From Candidatus Sericytochromatia bacterium (lineage in GTDB: Bacteria > Cyanobacteriota > Sericytochromatia > S15B-MN24 > UBA4093), in assembly GCA_036676985.1 (NCBI GenBank), contig JAKFBU010000023.1, positions 64,001-128,000 of the forward strand: 64,000 nt of DNA, written 5' to 3'. The stretch's first letter is position 1, and the number at the start of each line of letters is the position of its first letter. Position numbers and translations under genes: made by a program. The notes below the pieces were generated by a model. That model was not told the origin of the DNA, searched no databases, and was given only the letters and a program-made list of their open reading frames with translations. Below, one piece after another: positions 36,901-46,286 of the stretch.

Positions 36901-37476
36901 CTCGATGCGCACGGGCGTCGCGGCCTGCGGCGGGTAGACGTCGAGGATGCCGCCGCGCCGGGAGAACTCGCCCTTCTCGGTGACGCCCGGGCTCGGTCGG
37001 TAGCCGAGCTTCATGAGCTGGGCCGTGAGCTCCTGCGGGCTGATGGCGTCGCCCGCCTTGAGCGTCACGGTCGCGCTCTGCCAGCTCTCGGGCGAGGGCA
37101 GGCGCATGGCGAGCGCCCGCGGGGTGGTGATGACCCGGTGCGGCCCCGGCTCGGAGAGGGCCGCGAGCACGGCCTGACGCTCGTGCAGGAGCTCCTCTTC
37201 GGGCGAGACGCCCTCGTAGGGGGTGATCTCGACGGCCGGGAAGTAGTGGGCGTCGACGCCGTAGGCGGCGAGGTCCGCCTGGAAGCGCTTGGCGACGTCC
37301 GCGCTGGGGGCCACCACCAGGAAGCTCCGCTCTTCCAGGGACGCCGCCATGTAGGCGGCCACCGGCGTGGTCACGCCACCCGTCTGGGCGAGGCGGCCGG
37401 CCACCAGGTTCGCCTGGAGCTCGACGAAGATGGGATGCTCGGCGAGGAACGCCGTCAGATCAGCGAGATTGCTCAT
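33979..37476 (-). CDS. mfd: Transcription-repair coupling factor
   Basis: GEFSRRGGILD, VVHTKHGIG, MDRLICGDVGFGKTEVA, DEEHRFGV, SATPIPRTL, QLYQIRGRVGR, TRCF domain. Confidence 0.97.
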   Translation of the reverse strand: MSNLADLTAFLAEHPIFVELQANLVAGRLAQTGGVTTPVAAYMAASLEERSFLVVAPSADVAKRFQADLAAYGVDAHYFPAVEITPYEGVSPEEELLHERQAVLAALSEPGPHRVITTPRALAMRLPSPESWQSATVTLKAGDAISPQELTAQLMKLGYRPSPGVTEKGEFSRRGGILDVYPPQAATPVRIEWFGDEVDRVQEFDLASQRSVGDLDVLRLWPTRELILPTEGWQHAEASLYGFAQKRANQLMGGKKLVEAAKLQKKVESALEQLRTFQYFEGCEYYAPFFGGLGTFLDYIPSATPVIWLDHKAIASAYRGWVAEIQQRYDAGYQSGDLVPLPAPLHISWDDLAGALKPYAQLDLAPGSERGKSDLGTHAAPGFGNQFDQLASSLKEAVAEGRKVVIASTQPQRVAAILDERSVSASYGGRLPTPNFPMGGIWIVRESLNAGFNWPGLGIEVLSDAELFGWQKRPGARSPKRQPYAGPQIANLSELKVGDFVVHTKHGIGQYLGLKRLSISNQEREYLLVQYQGEDRLYVPVEQLGLLHRYRGSHEAKPRVNKMGGADWENVKKRVKKSVQDLAEDLLKLYAQRAAQPGYAYPEDSVWQSEMEEAFQYTETPDQLRAIAETKADMESRRPMDRLICGDVGFGKTEVALRAVFKAVMAGKQVAVLAPTTLLAHQHYQTLRERFAPYPIKMGLLSRFKTQKEQKEITRGLETGGVDLVIGTHRMLSKDVKFKDLGMLVVDEEHRFGVAHKERLKHLKASIDVLTMSATPIPRTLYLALSGARDMSLISTPPMNRQPVKTMVGPYDPEIVRTAILHELERGGQVFFLHNRIDSIHRVAAELAELVPQARVVVGHGQMNEHELEDVMLSFLDHEYDVLVSTTIIESGLDIPNANTMIIDDAERLGLAQLYQIRGRVGRSDTKAYCYCFYRAGKQLTEEGRERLEALQQFTALGSGYQIALRDMEIRGVGNILGAEQHGQMLTVGYDLYMQLLEEAVAELQGQEVETDRQPTVVDLNVAAYLPDEWFETDPHLKMEQYKRLAGVSTARELELLGEEWRDRFGPPPQPVKNLLRVVALRLKATDLGIPTVRSDAKSVRVAIAIPRSRWADLSLGKAPLARWHWTESELSASREGMLAEDQLSLVEKLLGVLADAAVGALATA

Positions 37477-37582
37477 GAAGGTCCGTTGATAGCGGTTGGA
37501 GACTCAATCGTCCCAGTGTATCACGGCCTCACCCTCCGCCGCCCGCGCCATGGGACGCCGCTTGGCGGGGTCGGGGCGATCG

Positions 37583-38806
37583 CTAGGTGCCCCCCAGCGC
37601 CTGCAGGGCCCGTTGGGCCCGCTCCTGCAGGATCGGGTTGCTCTTGGATTGGCTCTGGACCTCCTGCAGCTCGCGGATGGCGCGCGTCGGATCGCCCGCC
37701 TGCCGGTAGAGGTCGGCCATGCGGAAGTGCAGGTCCGGGTCCTCGTACCGCAGGACCGCCGCCCGCTGGAACTGAGTCAGGGCGTCCTGGATGGCGCCCC
37801 GCTCCTGGTACAGCCTGCCCAGGTGCACCATGGCCTCGCGGTGGCGCGGCTCGATGCCGAGCGCCTGCTTGTAGGTCGAGATGGCCTGGCCCGGGTCGCC
37901 CTTGAGCTGGTAGACCGTGCCCAGGTTGAAGTAGAGGTCGCTGTTGCGGGCGTCCAGGGGGATGGCCTGCTTGTAGAGGGCGATCGCCTCGTCGAAGCGC
38001 TCGGTGCGCACCATGACGTTGCCGAGGGCCACGAGCGCCCCCACGTCCTGGGGATCGATCTCGAGCGACCGGCGCAGGGCGGCCTCCGCGTCCGCGGGAC
38101 GGCCCTGGCGCATGAGGACCTTGCCCAGCAGGTAGTGGGACTTGGGCGACTCAGGGGCGATCGCGATGGCGCGCTGGTACTCGGCCACCGCCAGGTCGAA
38201 CTTCTTCTGATCCTCGTAGACCCGGCCCAGGTGGTGGTGGGCCGTGAGGTTGCGGGGCTCCTGGGCGAGCACCGCCTGGAGCTTTTCGGCCGCCACCGAG
38301 AGTTGGCCGCGCTCCTCGAGCTCGATGGCCTCCTGCAGGGGGTCGCGGCTCTGGTTCCAGAACCAGTAGCCCGTCCCGGCCGCCAAGAGCAGGATGCCCA
38401 CCAGCCCACCGGTGAGCCACTGCCAGGGCCAGCGCTTGAGCTTGGGCAAGGGAGCCGTCGGGATCTTGGGCTTGCCGATGGTCTGGCCGCACTTGCCGCA
38501 GCGCGCGATGAGGAGCTTGGTCTCCGAGCGGACGCGGTTGAAGACGCCGCAGTGGGGACAGATGGAGATGAGGATGGTGGTCGGGGCGGCCCGGCCGATC
38601 ACCCGGCGCTGGTCGTAGGCGAGGCGCTTGTCCGGATCCGAGAGGACGTGGTAGGCCTCGGTCAAGAGCTGGGTGTCGAGCTTGTTTCCCCCCAAATCCG
38701 GATGCGCCCCAGCCATGAGCAGGGTCCGGTAGGCCTTTTTGACCATCAAGGGGCTCGCCTTGGGATGGACCTGAAGCACTTCGTAGTAGTCGGGGGTGTC
38801 CGCCAT
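37583..38806 (-). CDS. J-domain, zinc-ribbon, transmembrane and TPR protein
   Basis: DYYEVLQV..HPD..EAYHVLSDP.KRLAYD (J domain); CPHC..CGKC; one TM helix; about 6 TPRs. Start taken at ATG 38806. Confidence 0.85.
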   Translation of the reverse strand: MADTPDYYEVLQVHPKASPLMVKKAYRTLLMAGAHPDLGGNKLDTQLLTEAYHVLSDPDKRLAYDQRRVIGRAAPTTILISICPHCGVFNRVRSETKLLIARCGKCGQTIGKPKIPTAPLPKLKRWPWQWLTGGLVGILLLAAGTGYWFWNQSRDPLQEAIELEERGQLSVAAEKLQAVLAQEPRNLTAHHHLGRVYEDQKKFDLAVAEYQRAIAIAPESPKSHYLLGKVLMRQGRPADAEAALRRSLEIDPQDVGALVALGNVMVRTERFDEAIALYKQAIPLDARNSDLYFNLGTVYQLKGDPGQAISTYKQALGIEPRHREAMVHLGRLYQERGAIQDALTQFQRAAVLRYEDPDLHFRMADLYRQAGDPTRAIRELQEVQSQSKSNPILQERAQRALQALGGT

Positions 38807-39127
38807 CGGAACCTCGTAAGAGCGTCGGCCGAACCGAACGCCGCAAAGGGGCGGGCTCAGCGGGCGCTCGGGCACTCCAACCCTTTACTTCCCTGACAGA
38901 CGGGCACTCAAACGCCGTATGCCAGGGAATCCCATTCTACCGCGCGCTCGACCTGGCCGCTTGACCGGAATGACGAAACCTCTAGCTCATTTCGTCGGAT
39001 TGACCATCCCCTGCTCACTACCCGGCTCGGTATCGTAGGGCTGGAGAATCCACCCTGTTTCGCGCCACATTCTCGCCTTGCAACGCCGCACCATCGTCGA
39101 ACTCCCGACTATCCAGGAGGTTGATCG

Positions 39128-39541
39128 ATGGAGAGCACGCCTAGCCCCCTCGCCAAGCCCGGACTCATGCGCCCCCTCCGGAGCCCGCGGGCCGACCTCG
39201 GCCTGTGGCGGCGCCCCCGCCCCAACGCGACGCATGACCTCGGCATCGACGCGCTCGACGAAGGCGGGCGCACCCGGATGCGACTCAAAGGCTCGCTCAC
39301 CGCCCGCACGGCGGTGCCCTTCAAGCATGCGGTCGCGCGTCTCGCTGGTCAGTCGAGCGTGCTCGCCATCGACCTCACGGAGGTCCCCAAGCTGGACCCC
39401 ACGGGCCTTGCGGCCCTCGCCGAAGCCACGGAGATCGGCCTCAAGCTGGGCTGTCGCGTGGTCATCACCCACGTGCCCGAAGGAGCCCGGCGTTGGATCG
39501 CGCAGGCTTCCCTGCACAAGGTCATCGAGCTCGGCGAGTAA
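39128..39541 (+). CDS. STAS-domain (anti-sigma antagonist-like) protein
   Basis: RLKGSLT..LAIDLTEVPKLDPTGLAAL STAS pattern; start uncertain. Confidence 0.7.
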   Translation: MESTPSPLAKPGLMRPLRSPRADLGLWRRPRPNATHDLGIDALDEGGRTRMRLKGSLTARTAVPFKHAVARLAGQSSVLAIDLTEVPKLDPTGLAALAEATEIGLKLGCRVVITHVPEGARRWIAQASLHKVIELGE

Positions 39542-39551
39542 GGAGGCAAGG

Positions 39552-41198
39552 TTGAAAGGGCTCATCCTCTCGGCGGGCTCGCACCCCGAGCTCGCCCCGA
39601 TCACCGCGACGACGCCGGTCGGCTCCTTGCCGCTCGCCGGCCGCCCCTTGCTGGCGTACCAGCTCGAGCGCATGCGCGAGGTCGGCATCCAGGAGGTGCT
39701 GGTGGTCCTGCACCACCTGCCCTTCCCCATCGAGCGCACGATCCAGGCCTACGCCCCGGAGGGCATGCACGTCCACGTGGTCCTGGATCGGGAGCTTGCG
39801 GGGACAGCAAGCGCCCTACGCCAGCACGGGGACTTCGTCACGGAGACCACGCTCGTGGTCTTGGGGGACATCGTCGAGCGCCTGGAGCTTTCGGGCGCCA
39901 TCCAGCGGCATGCCGAGACCGGATCCCTCCTGACGGCCCTGCTCACCGCCCCCAATGCCGACCGCCGCGGGGGCATCGGCACGCTCGATTCGGACGGCCG
40001 CCTCGTGAGCTTCGTCGAGGAAGCCGTGCCCTTTCCGGACGGCGCGAACGTGCTGGTGAGCCCCGGCCTCTACCTGGTGGAGCCGGCGCTGGTCACCGAC
40101 CATGCCCTCACCGGCGAGATCGGGCGCGACCTGCTTCCATGGCTTGCCGCCGAGGGGCTGGCGTTCGGCCATGTGGTCGGGGGCACCTGGCAGGATGCCG
40201 GCACGCCCCGGGGCTACGTGGCCGCGCAGTTCGAGCGGCTCGGCGAGGTCGGCTACGTGGACCCCCTCGCCCGCATCCATCCCGGCGCGAAGCTCGTTGC
40301 GCCCTACTGGATCGGCCCCGGCTGCCGCATCGAGCGCGAGACCCAGGTGGGGCCGGGGGCGGTGCTCGCCCACGACGTCCACCTGGATCGCGGGGCCAAG
40401 GTCGAACGGACCGTGGTGCTCGAAGGCACCCGGCTAGGCAAGGCGACGCGCTGGCAGGACCGGCTCATCTGGCGCCACGGCAGCTTCTGCTTGCAGGCCA
40501 AAGAGCCCTACTTCGAGCTCGCGCAGGACACCGACGAGCTCGCGCCCACCTTGCGCGAGCCCTGGAGCGATCGCCTCGCCCAGGTGCTCGACTCGCTGCT
40601 CGCGGCCGTGGGGCTGGTCCTCCTGTCGCCGCTCTTGCTCACCATCTGCCTGCTCATCTACCTGGACGATCCAGGACCGGTCATCTACACCCAGCTGCGC
40701 GTCGGCCAGGACCGGCGGGCCTTTAGGCTCGGGCGGCTGCGCGGACGGGTCTTCGAGCTCTTCAAGTTCCGGACCATGTGCGTGGACGCCGATCGCAAGC
40801 TCGAGGCGCTCAAGGCGCAGAACCAGTACGGCCAGGGGGCCTTCTTCAAGCTGGAGCAAGACCCGCGCATCACGCGCATCGGGCACTTCCTGCGCAAGAC
40901 GAGCCTCGACGAGCTGCCGCAGCTGCTCAACGTGGTGGTGGGCGATATGCGCCTGGTCGGCAACCGGCCCCTGCCCGTCTACGAGGCGGAGGCCCTGCAC
41001 GAGGACTGGCAGCGGATCCGCTTCGCATGCCCCGCCGGCATCACGGGGCTCTGGCAGATCAGCGGCCGCTCGGACCTCAGCGAGAAAGAGCGCATGGTGC
41101 TCGATTCGTACTACTCCGTCACCCGCAGCTACTGGAACGACTGGGTGATCCTGGCCAAGACCATCCCTGCTCTCTTGCTTCGCCGCGGAGCTAGATAA
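39552..41198 (+). CDS. Nucleotidyltransferase-like + left-handed beta-helix + priming phosphoglycosyl transferase fusion
   Basis: TTG start after AAGGAGG; [16 protein letters not shown], hexapeptide repeats, TM helix, then [44 protein letters not shown]. Confidence 0.88.
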   Translation: MKGLILSAGSHPELAPITATTPVGSLPLAGRPLLAYQLERMREVGIQEVLVVLHHLPFPIERTIQAYAPEGMHVHVVLDRELAGTASALRQHGDFVTETTLVVLGDIVERLELSGAIQRHAETGSLLTALLTAPNADRRGGIGTLDSDGRLVSFVEEAVPFPDGANVLVSPGLYLVEPALVTDHALTGEIGRDLLPWLAAEGLAFGHVVGGTWQDAGTPRGYVAAQFERLGEVGYVDPLARIHPGAKLVAPYWIGPGCRIERETQVGPGAVLAHDVHLDRGAKVERTVVLEGTRLGKATRWQDRLIWRHGSFCLQAKEPYFELAQDTDELAPTLREPWSDRLAQVLDSLLAAVGLVLLSPLLLTICLLIYLDDPGPVIYTQLRVGQDRRAFRLGRLRGRVFELFKFRTMCVDADRKLEALKAQNQYGQGAFFKLEQDPRITRIGHFLRKTSLDELPQLLNVVVGDMRLVGNRPLPVYEAEALHEDWQRIRFACPAGITGLWQISGRSDLSEKERMVLDSYYSVTRSYWNDWVILAKTIPALLLRRGAR

Positions 41199-41212
41199 TC
41201 ACGGAGGTACCC

Positions 41213-41899
41213 ATGACCCGCCTTTCCATCGCCCTCGCGTTGACCGCGAGCCTCATGCTCCTGGCAGGCCCGGCCGTGGCACAGGGGCTCCCCGAGCCCC
41301 CGGCGGGCCTGACGCTCGATCAAGCCATCGCCAAGGCCCTCGCCAACAACCCGACGATCAAGGCCGCCAAGGCCGAGGTCGATCGCGCCGAGGGCGAGTC
41401 CGCCACCACCAAGCTCTATCCGCTGCGCGGCGTGGCGGCGAACATCGGCATGAACACGACGGTGCCGCCCGCGGGTGCCATCCCGGCTCCGGCCGCCGGG
41501 GCCTGGGTCACGCTCAACCTGGGCGACCTCTTGAGCACCCCTGCCCAGGTGCAGGCCGCCAACGCCCGGCTCGAAGCCGCCCGCCAGAACCTCAGGGCGA
41601 CCCAGCTCGCGGTGGTGGCGGCCACCACCGAGGCCTACGCCGCCTGGATCACCCAGCAGAAGCTCCTCGCCCTGCGGAGCGACGCCATCAAGTCGAGCCA
41701 GTCGGACGTGCTCGTGGTCCAGCGCCTCTTCGGGCGCGGCACGGCGACCATCAGCGACGTCATGAAGGCCCGGCTCGCCGTCAGCCAATCCCAGGCGGAC
41801 CTGGTGCAGGCGGAGGGTGAGTACAACCGCTCGTGGGCGACTTTGGTCCAGCAGATGGGCGACACGGCTTGGCTGGCCAACTCGAAGGCCAAGCGCTAG
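41213..41899 (+). CDS. Short TolC/outer-membrane efflux family protein (single OEP repeat)
   Basis: Signal peptide; LTLDQAIAKALANNPTI, TEAY, FGRGTATISDV..ARL are OEP motifs; only 228 aa. Confidence 0.75.
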   Translation: MTRLSIALALTASLMLLAGPAVAQGLPEPPAGLTLDQAIAKALANNPTIKAAKAEVDRAEGESATTKLYPLRGVAANIGMNTTVPPAGAIPAPAAGAWVTLNLGDLLSTPAQVQAANARLEAARQNLRATQLAVVAATTEAYAAWITQQKLLALRSDAIKSSQSDVLVVQRLFGRGTATISDVMKARLAVSQSQADLVQAEGEYNRSWATLVQQMGDTAWLANSKAKR

Positions 41900-41908
41900 G
41901 GGGAAGGA

Positions 41909-43654
41909 ATGAAGGACAAGCACATGAACCTCAAGGCTGCGTACGCACGCTTTGAATCCCAGCTACCGCTGTTGAAGCTCCTGGTGGCCCGCGTGCTGCC
42001 GGGCTATCCCAACGGCGCCCATGCCCTGGTGGTCACCGGAGCCAGCGCACTCTGGCGCGCGAGCCTCGGCTCCGACGACTCGGGCTCCTTCGGCGAGGTG
42101 GCGGAGGCCGCCATCAACAGCGAGCTCTTGGGGCTCCTGCACTTCATGAAGCAGCCTCCCGAGCTGCCCGACGAGCTGGATCCCTACCTCGAGCGCCTGG
42201 ACGAGATGGCCAAGGCCCTGGGCACCCAGTCCACGAGCATGGCGATCGCCCCCTACCAGGGCGGCCTGGTGCAGCGGCCCTACGGCGTCGCGCCCTACCA
42301 GGAGTTCGTCATGCCGGTCTCGCCCGGCGGCTCCGAGGGGCGCCTGCTCGCGGCTCTCGGCGACATCGTGCGGCGCCGCTGGCCCCTCATCCTCTCGGTC
42401 GTGCTGTTGACCGAGGTGGCCGTGGGCGTCATGAGCGCCCGGGCGCCCAAGGTCTACAAGGCGACCGTCACCATCAACACGGGCATCGCCTCGGGTCAGC
42501 CCGTGAGCGGCACGCCCATCGACTGGTTCAAGGCGGGCGCCCTCATGGGCAACCTCACGGAGATGCTCCAGAGCCGCACCCTGCTCGAGCGCACCATCTC
42601 CAAGCTGAGCCTCGGGACCACCCCCGAGAAGCTCGGCAAGCGCCTGGACGTCGAGAAGGTCGGCCAGACGGACATGATGCGCATCTCGGCCGAGGCCAAG
42701 AGCCCGGACGAGGCGGCAGCCCTCGCCAACACCCACACCAACGAGTTCATCAACTACTACCGCCAGAGTCAGAACTCGGACGCCAAGAACGCCGACAGCT
42801 TCATCGCCCAGCAGCTGACGCTCAGCGAGCAGCGGCTCCGTCAGGCGGAGGATCGCTTGCGGTCCTTCAAGGCCACCTACGTGCCCGAGACCCAGGAGGG
42901 CGTCGCCGAGCAGCTCGCCGAGCTGCAGGAGCAAAGAGGCGAGGTGGAGCGGGCGCTCTTGGCGGCCAGGAGCGGGCTTGCGGCCGTCGAGGCCGAGATC
43001 TCGACCCTCAAGCGCGATCCCATGTTCGCCCGGGCCGTGCAGGACTCGACCGAGGTCGACACCGCCAACGAGCGGCTCAAGACCCTGCGCCAGAACCTGG
43101 AGGACGCGCGCGCCCTCTACGGCGAGTCGAGCCCGGTGGTCCAGGAGCTCAAGCGCCAGATTGGCAAGGCCTCGAATAACGTCCAGTCGACCACCCGCCA
43201 GGTGGCCGCGGCCGACCCCGCCCATGCGGACGTCATCGCCCGGCGCATCGAGCTCAAGGTCCAGATCGCCGAGCAGTCGGCCAAGCTCGGCAACCTCCAG
43301 AAGGCGATCGCCCAGATCGAGCCCCGGGTCAAGAACGCCTCGGTGGCGGACGTGACCTACAAGCAGCTGCAGCGCGAGGTCGCCATCCAGGAGACCGAGT
43401 ACCAGAAGCTGCAGGAGCGCGCCGGACAGACGCGCATGGCGGCCTCGGGCGCCTCCTTATTGCCCATCACCATCGTGGATTCGGCCGAGCCGCCCACCAA
43501 GCCCGAGAGCTCCAAGACCCTGGTCAAGCTCGCCCTGGGCGGCCTGATCGCGGCAGTGCTGGGGTTCGTCCTCGCCTACGTCCTCGAGGTCAAGCGCAAG
43601 GGTGAGGAGAGCATGGTGGAGGCCCAGATCGACGGGGAGCCGGCCTCTGCATGA
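41909..43654 (+). CDS. Polysaccharide co-polymerase (Wzc/GumC-like) without kinase domain
   Basis: RRRWPLI-TM-PKVYKAT; long coiled coil; IVDSAEPPTKP followed by a TM helix; no Walker A or Tyr-rich tail. Confidence 0.82.
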   Translation: MKDKHMNLKAAYARFESQLPLLKLLVARVLPGYPNGAHALVVTGASALWRASLGSDDSGSFGEVAEAAINSELLGLLHFMKQPPELPDELDPYLERLDEMAKALGTQSTSMAIAPYQGGLVQRPYGVAPYQEFVMPVSPGGSEGRLLAALGDIVRRRWPLILSVVLLTEVAVGVMSARAPKVYKATVTINTGIASGQPVSGTPIDWFKAGALMGNLTEMLQSRTLLERTISKLSLGTTPEKLGKRLDVEKVGQTDMMRISAEAKSPDEAAALANTHTNEFINYYRQSQNSDAKNADSFIAQQLTLSEQRLRQAEDRLRSFKATYVPETQEGVAEQLAELQEQRGEVERALLAARSGLAAVEAEISTLKRDPMFARAVQDSTEVDTANERLKTLRQNLEDARALYGESSPVVQELKRQIGKASNNVQSTTRQVAAADPAHADVIARRIELKVQIAEQSAKLGNLQKAIAQIEPRVKNASVADVTYKQLQREVAIQETEYQKLQERAGQTRMAASGASLLPITIVDSAEPPTKPESSKTLVKLALGGLIAAVLGFVLAYVLEVKRKGEESMVEAQIDGEPASA

Positions 43655-45123
43655 ACGCCCTACTTCGCCTCAAACGACCACCGATAGGGCTCATCAAGCC
43701 CCTCCTCGTGGTCCTGCCGTTCATCTACCTGATCGCCACGGCGGTCGCGGGCTTCGACCGGCTCAAGATGGTGCTGTTGATGGTCGCCCCCCTGATGGCT
43801 GCCATCTTCCTCAACATCGAGCTCGGCGTCTACGTCCTCTTGGGCTTCTCAACGGTGCTCATCTTCATCAAGCGCATGATGCCGAACCTGGACGCCAACC
43901 AGATCGGCCTCGCGCTGGAGGGGATGCTGCTCCTCATGGGGCTCAGGCTCCTCATCGACCTGCTCCGCGAGCAGGGCTGGGGGGCGTTCAAGACGGCCGT
44001 CACCCTGCCGCTGGTGGTGTTCGTCTGCTACCAGGTCCTCCAGGTCTTCAACCCGTTCGCGCCGAGCGTCAAGTTCGGCCTCTACGGCCTGCGCGACACG
44101 CTCCGGGTGCTCGGGGTCTTCCTCGTCCTCTACTACTTCCGGTCGAGCCTCAAGATCCGGCGCCTGACGTTCTTTTGGCTCGGGCTCTTATTGGTCGAGA
44201 GCCTCTACGGCATCTTCCAGCACCACCACGGGGTCCTCGGCCAGGAGTACAACTGGCTCATCGAGTCGGGCAGCTACCGCACGCACATCCTCAACGGCTA
44301 CATCCGGATCTTCGGCACCGTGGGGGACGCTGCGACCTACGGCTTCTTGATGATCACCGGTGCCCTGATGCTCTACGGCCTGGCGCTCTCGAGCAAGGGC
44401 TGGAAGCTGTGGGCCTTGCTCGCGCTCTCAGCACCCATGCTCTACGCCATGATCCTCAGCTACTCGCGCGGCCCCATCGTCGCGGTGGTGGCGGGGCTCG
44501 GCGCCATGCTCATCGTGAGCCGCAACTGGAAGCTCGCCATCGGCTCGGTGCTCATCGGGGCGCTGGTCGTGGGGGGGCTGGCCGCCGCCGGCAACACGCG
44601 ACTGGTCGACCGGGTCATGACGGCCACCAAGCCCGTCGAGGACGAGAGCTTCCAGGTGCGCATGGGCTACATCAACGAGTACCTGCCGCGCATCGTCGAG
44701 CGCCCCTTCGGCAGCGGCCTGTGGACGTCCGGAGCCTCGGGCCTCTCGGTCACGGGCGGCCAGCCCATCCACGGGACGACCATCGGCATCCCGACGGACA
44801 ACAACTACTTCAAGTACGGCCTCGAGATGGGCTGGGTCGGCCTCGTCCTCTTCGGATGGCTCATGGTCAGCCTGCAGGTCTCCTTGATCCGCACCTACCT
44901 GAGACTCCAGGATCCCTACCTCAAGGCCACGTGTCTGGGACTGTTCGGCGTGTTCACGGCGTACCTGATCGGGGCGTTCTCCAACGACATCTTCGTCCAG
45001 AAGCCCCTGAGCGAGTGGATGTACCTGGCCATGGGGCTGGCCCTGCTCCTGGGGCAGTCCGCCTCGCTCACCGCACCCGTGGCCTCCCGGCAGGTCTTGG
45101 AAGGAAAAGGACCGCGCCCATGA
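43651..45123 (+). CDS. O-antigen ligase/Wzy-like polymerase
   Basis: About 12 TM helices; RIFGTVG, SYSRG, S..VR, PFGSG, DNNY..LEMGWVG. Confidence 0.85.
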   Translation: MNALLRLKRPPIGLIKPLLVVLPFIYLIATAVAGFDRLKMVLLMVAPLMAAIFLNIELGVYVLLGFSTVLIFIKRMMPNLDANQIGLALEGMLLLMGLRLLIDLLREQGWGAFKTAVTLPLVVFVCYQVLQVFNPFAPSVKFGLYGLRDTLRVLGVFLVLYYFRSSLKIRRLTFFWLGLLLVESLYGIFQHHHGVLGQEYNWLIESGSYRTHILNGYIRIFGTVGDAATYGFLMITGALMLYGLALSSKGWKLWALLALSAPMLYAMILSYSRGPIVAVVAGLGAMLIVSRNWKLAIGSVLIGALVVGGLAAAGNTRLVDRVMTATKPVEDESFQVRMGYINEYLPRIVERPFGSGLWTSGASGLSVTGGQPIHGTTIGIPTDNNYFKYGLEMGWVGLVLFGWLMVSLQVSLIRTYLRLQDPYLKATCLGLFGVFTAYLIGAFSNDIFVQKPLSEWMYLAMGLALLLGQSASLTAPVASRQVLEGKGPRP

Positions 45124-46286
45124 AAGTCACGCTGATCGCCTCCGACGAAACGAGCGCTCCGCTCTACCGGGTCCGCCTGCTCGCTCGGATGCTCGCCCGG
45201 CGCTTCGAGGTGGAGGTCGTGGGCTTCCACTTCAAGCCGGACGAGATCGATCCGGTCGCCCCGCGCGACTTCCCGTATCGGGGGATCGCCGCCCGCCCGT
45301 GGCCGGGCTTCTGGGAGGACGCCCGGAAGCTCGCCCGATCCGTCACGGGCGACCTGATCTACGCCATGAAGCCCCGGCCCACCTCCTACGGCGTCTCCCT
45401 GGCGCTGCGGGCCGCCACCGGCAAGCCCGTGGTGGTGGACGTGGACGACTGGGAGCCCTACATGATCCACCCCTACTCCAAGTACGCGCTCAAGAACGCG
45501 GCCTACGCCCTGCCGCGGCTGAAGGAGCCCAACAACTACCTTGCCACCCGGCTCATGGACCTCTTGATCGGCCGGGCCGACGGCGTCACGACCGTCTCGA
45601 GCCACTTCCAGAAGCGCTACGGAGGGATCCTGGCCCCGCAGTACGTGGACACCGAGCGCTTCGACCCGGCGCGCTATGCCCGCGAGGCCCTGCGCCAGCG
45701 CTACGAGCTGGACGGCCTCATGGTCTCGGTGTTCGCGGGCATCGCCCAGCCCAACAAGGGCGTGGGCGAGATCCTGGCCGCGTTCCGGAGGCTCGGCGAT
45801 CGCCGGGACTGGCGGCTCGTCGTGGTGGGGCCCAGGACCCCTTACGCCCAGGAGCTCGCCGCCCAGGACGACCGGGTGGTCCTCCTCGGCACCCAGCCGC
45901 CCCAGGAGGCCCCGGCCTTCCTCAGCATGGCGGACCTGGTGGTGCTGCCCCAGCGCAAGGAGCCCGCCTCCGCCGGCCAGATGCCCATGAAGCTCTTCGA
46001 GGCCATGGCCATGGCGCAGCCCGTCGTCTCGACGGCCGTCTCGGACATCCCGAGCCTCTTGGCGGGCTGCGGCCACGTGGTGCCGCCGGGCGACCCGGAC
46101 GCGCTCGCCCGGGCCATCGGTGAGCTGCTCGACAACCCGGGCCATGCCAAGGAGCTCGGCGCCAGGGCGCGCCGCCGCATCCTCGAGCGCTACAGCTACG
46201 ACTGCGGCGCCCAGGAGCTCGGGGACTACTTCGAGGCCATTGCGAGCCGGGGGATGGCGCCCGCCCTGGGAGGTCGCCCATGCTGA
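45120..46286 (+). CDS. Glycosyltransferase family 4 (GT-B)
   Basis: ATG overlaps the previous stop; DVDDWE, NKGV, ADLVVLP, PMKLFEAMAMAQPVVST. Confidence 0.9.
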   Translation: MKVTLIASDETSAPLYRVRLLARMLARRFEVEVVGFHFKPDEIDPVAPRDFPYRGIAARPWPGFWEDARKLARSVTGDLIYAMKPRPTSYGVSLALRAATGKPVVVDVDDWEPYMIHPYSKYALKNAAYALPRLKEPNNYLATRLMDLLIGRADGVTTVSSHFQKRYGGILAPQYVDTERFDPARYAREALRQRYELDGLMVSVFAGIAQPNKGVGEILAAFRRLGDRRDWRLVVVGPRTPYAQELAAQDDRVVLLGTQPPQEAPAFLSMADLVVLPQRKEPASAGQMPMKLFEAMAMAQPVVSTAVSDIPSLLAGCGHVVPPGDPDALARAIGELLDNPGHAKELGARARRRILERYSYDCGAQELGDYFEAIASRGMAPALGGRPC

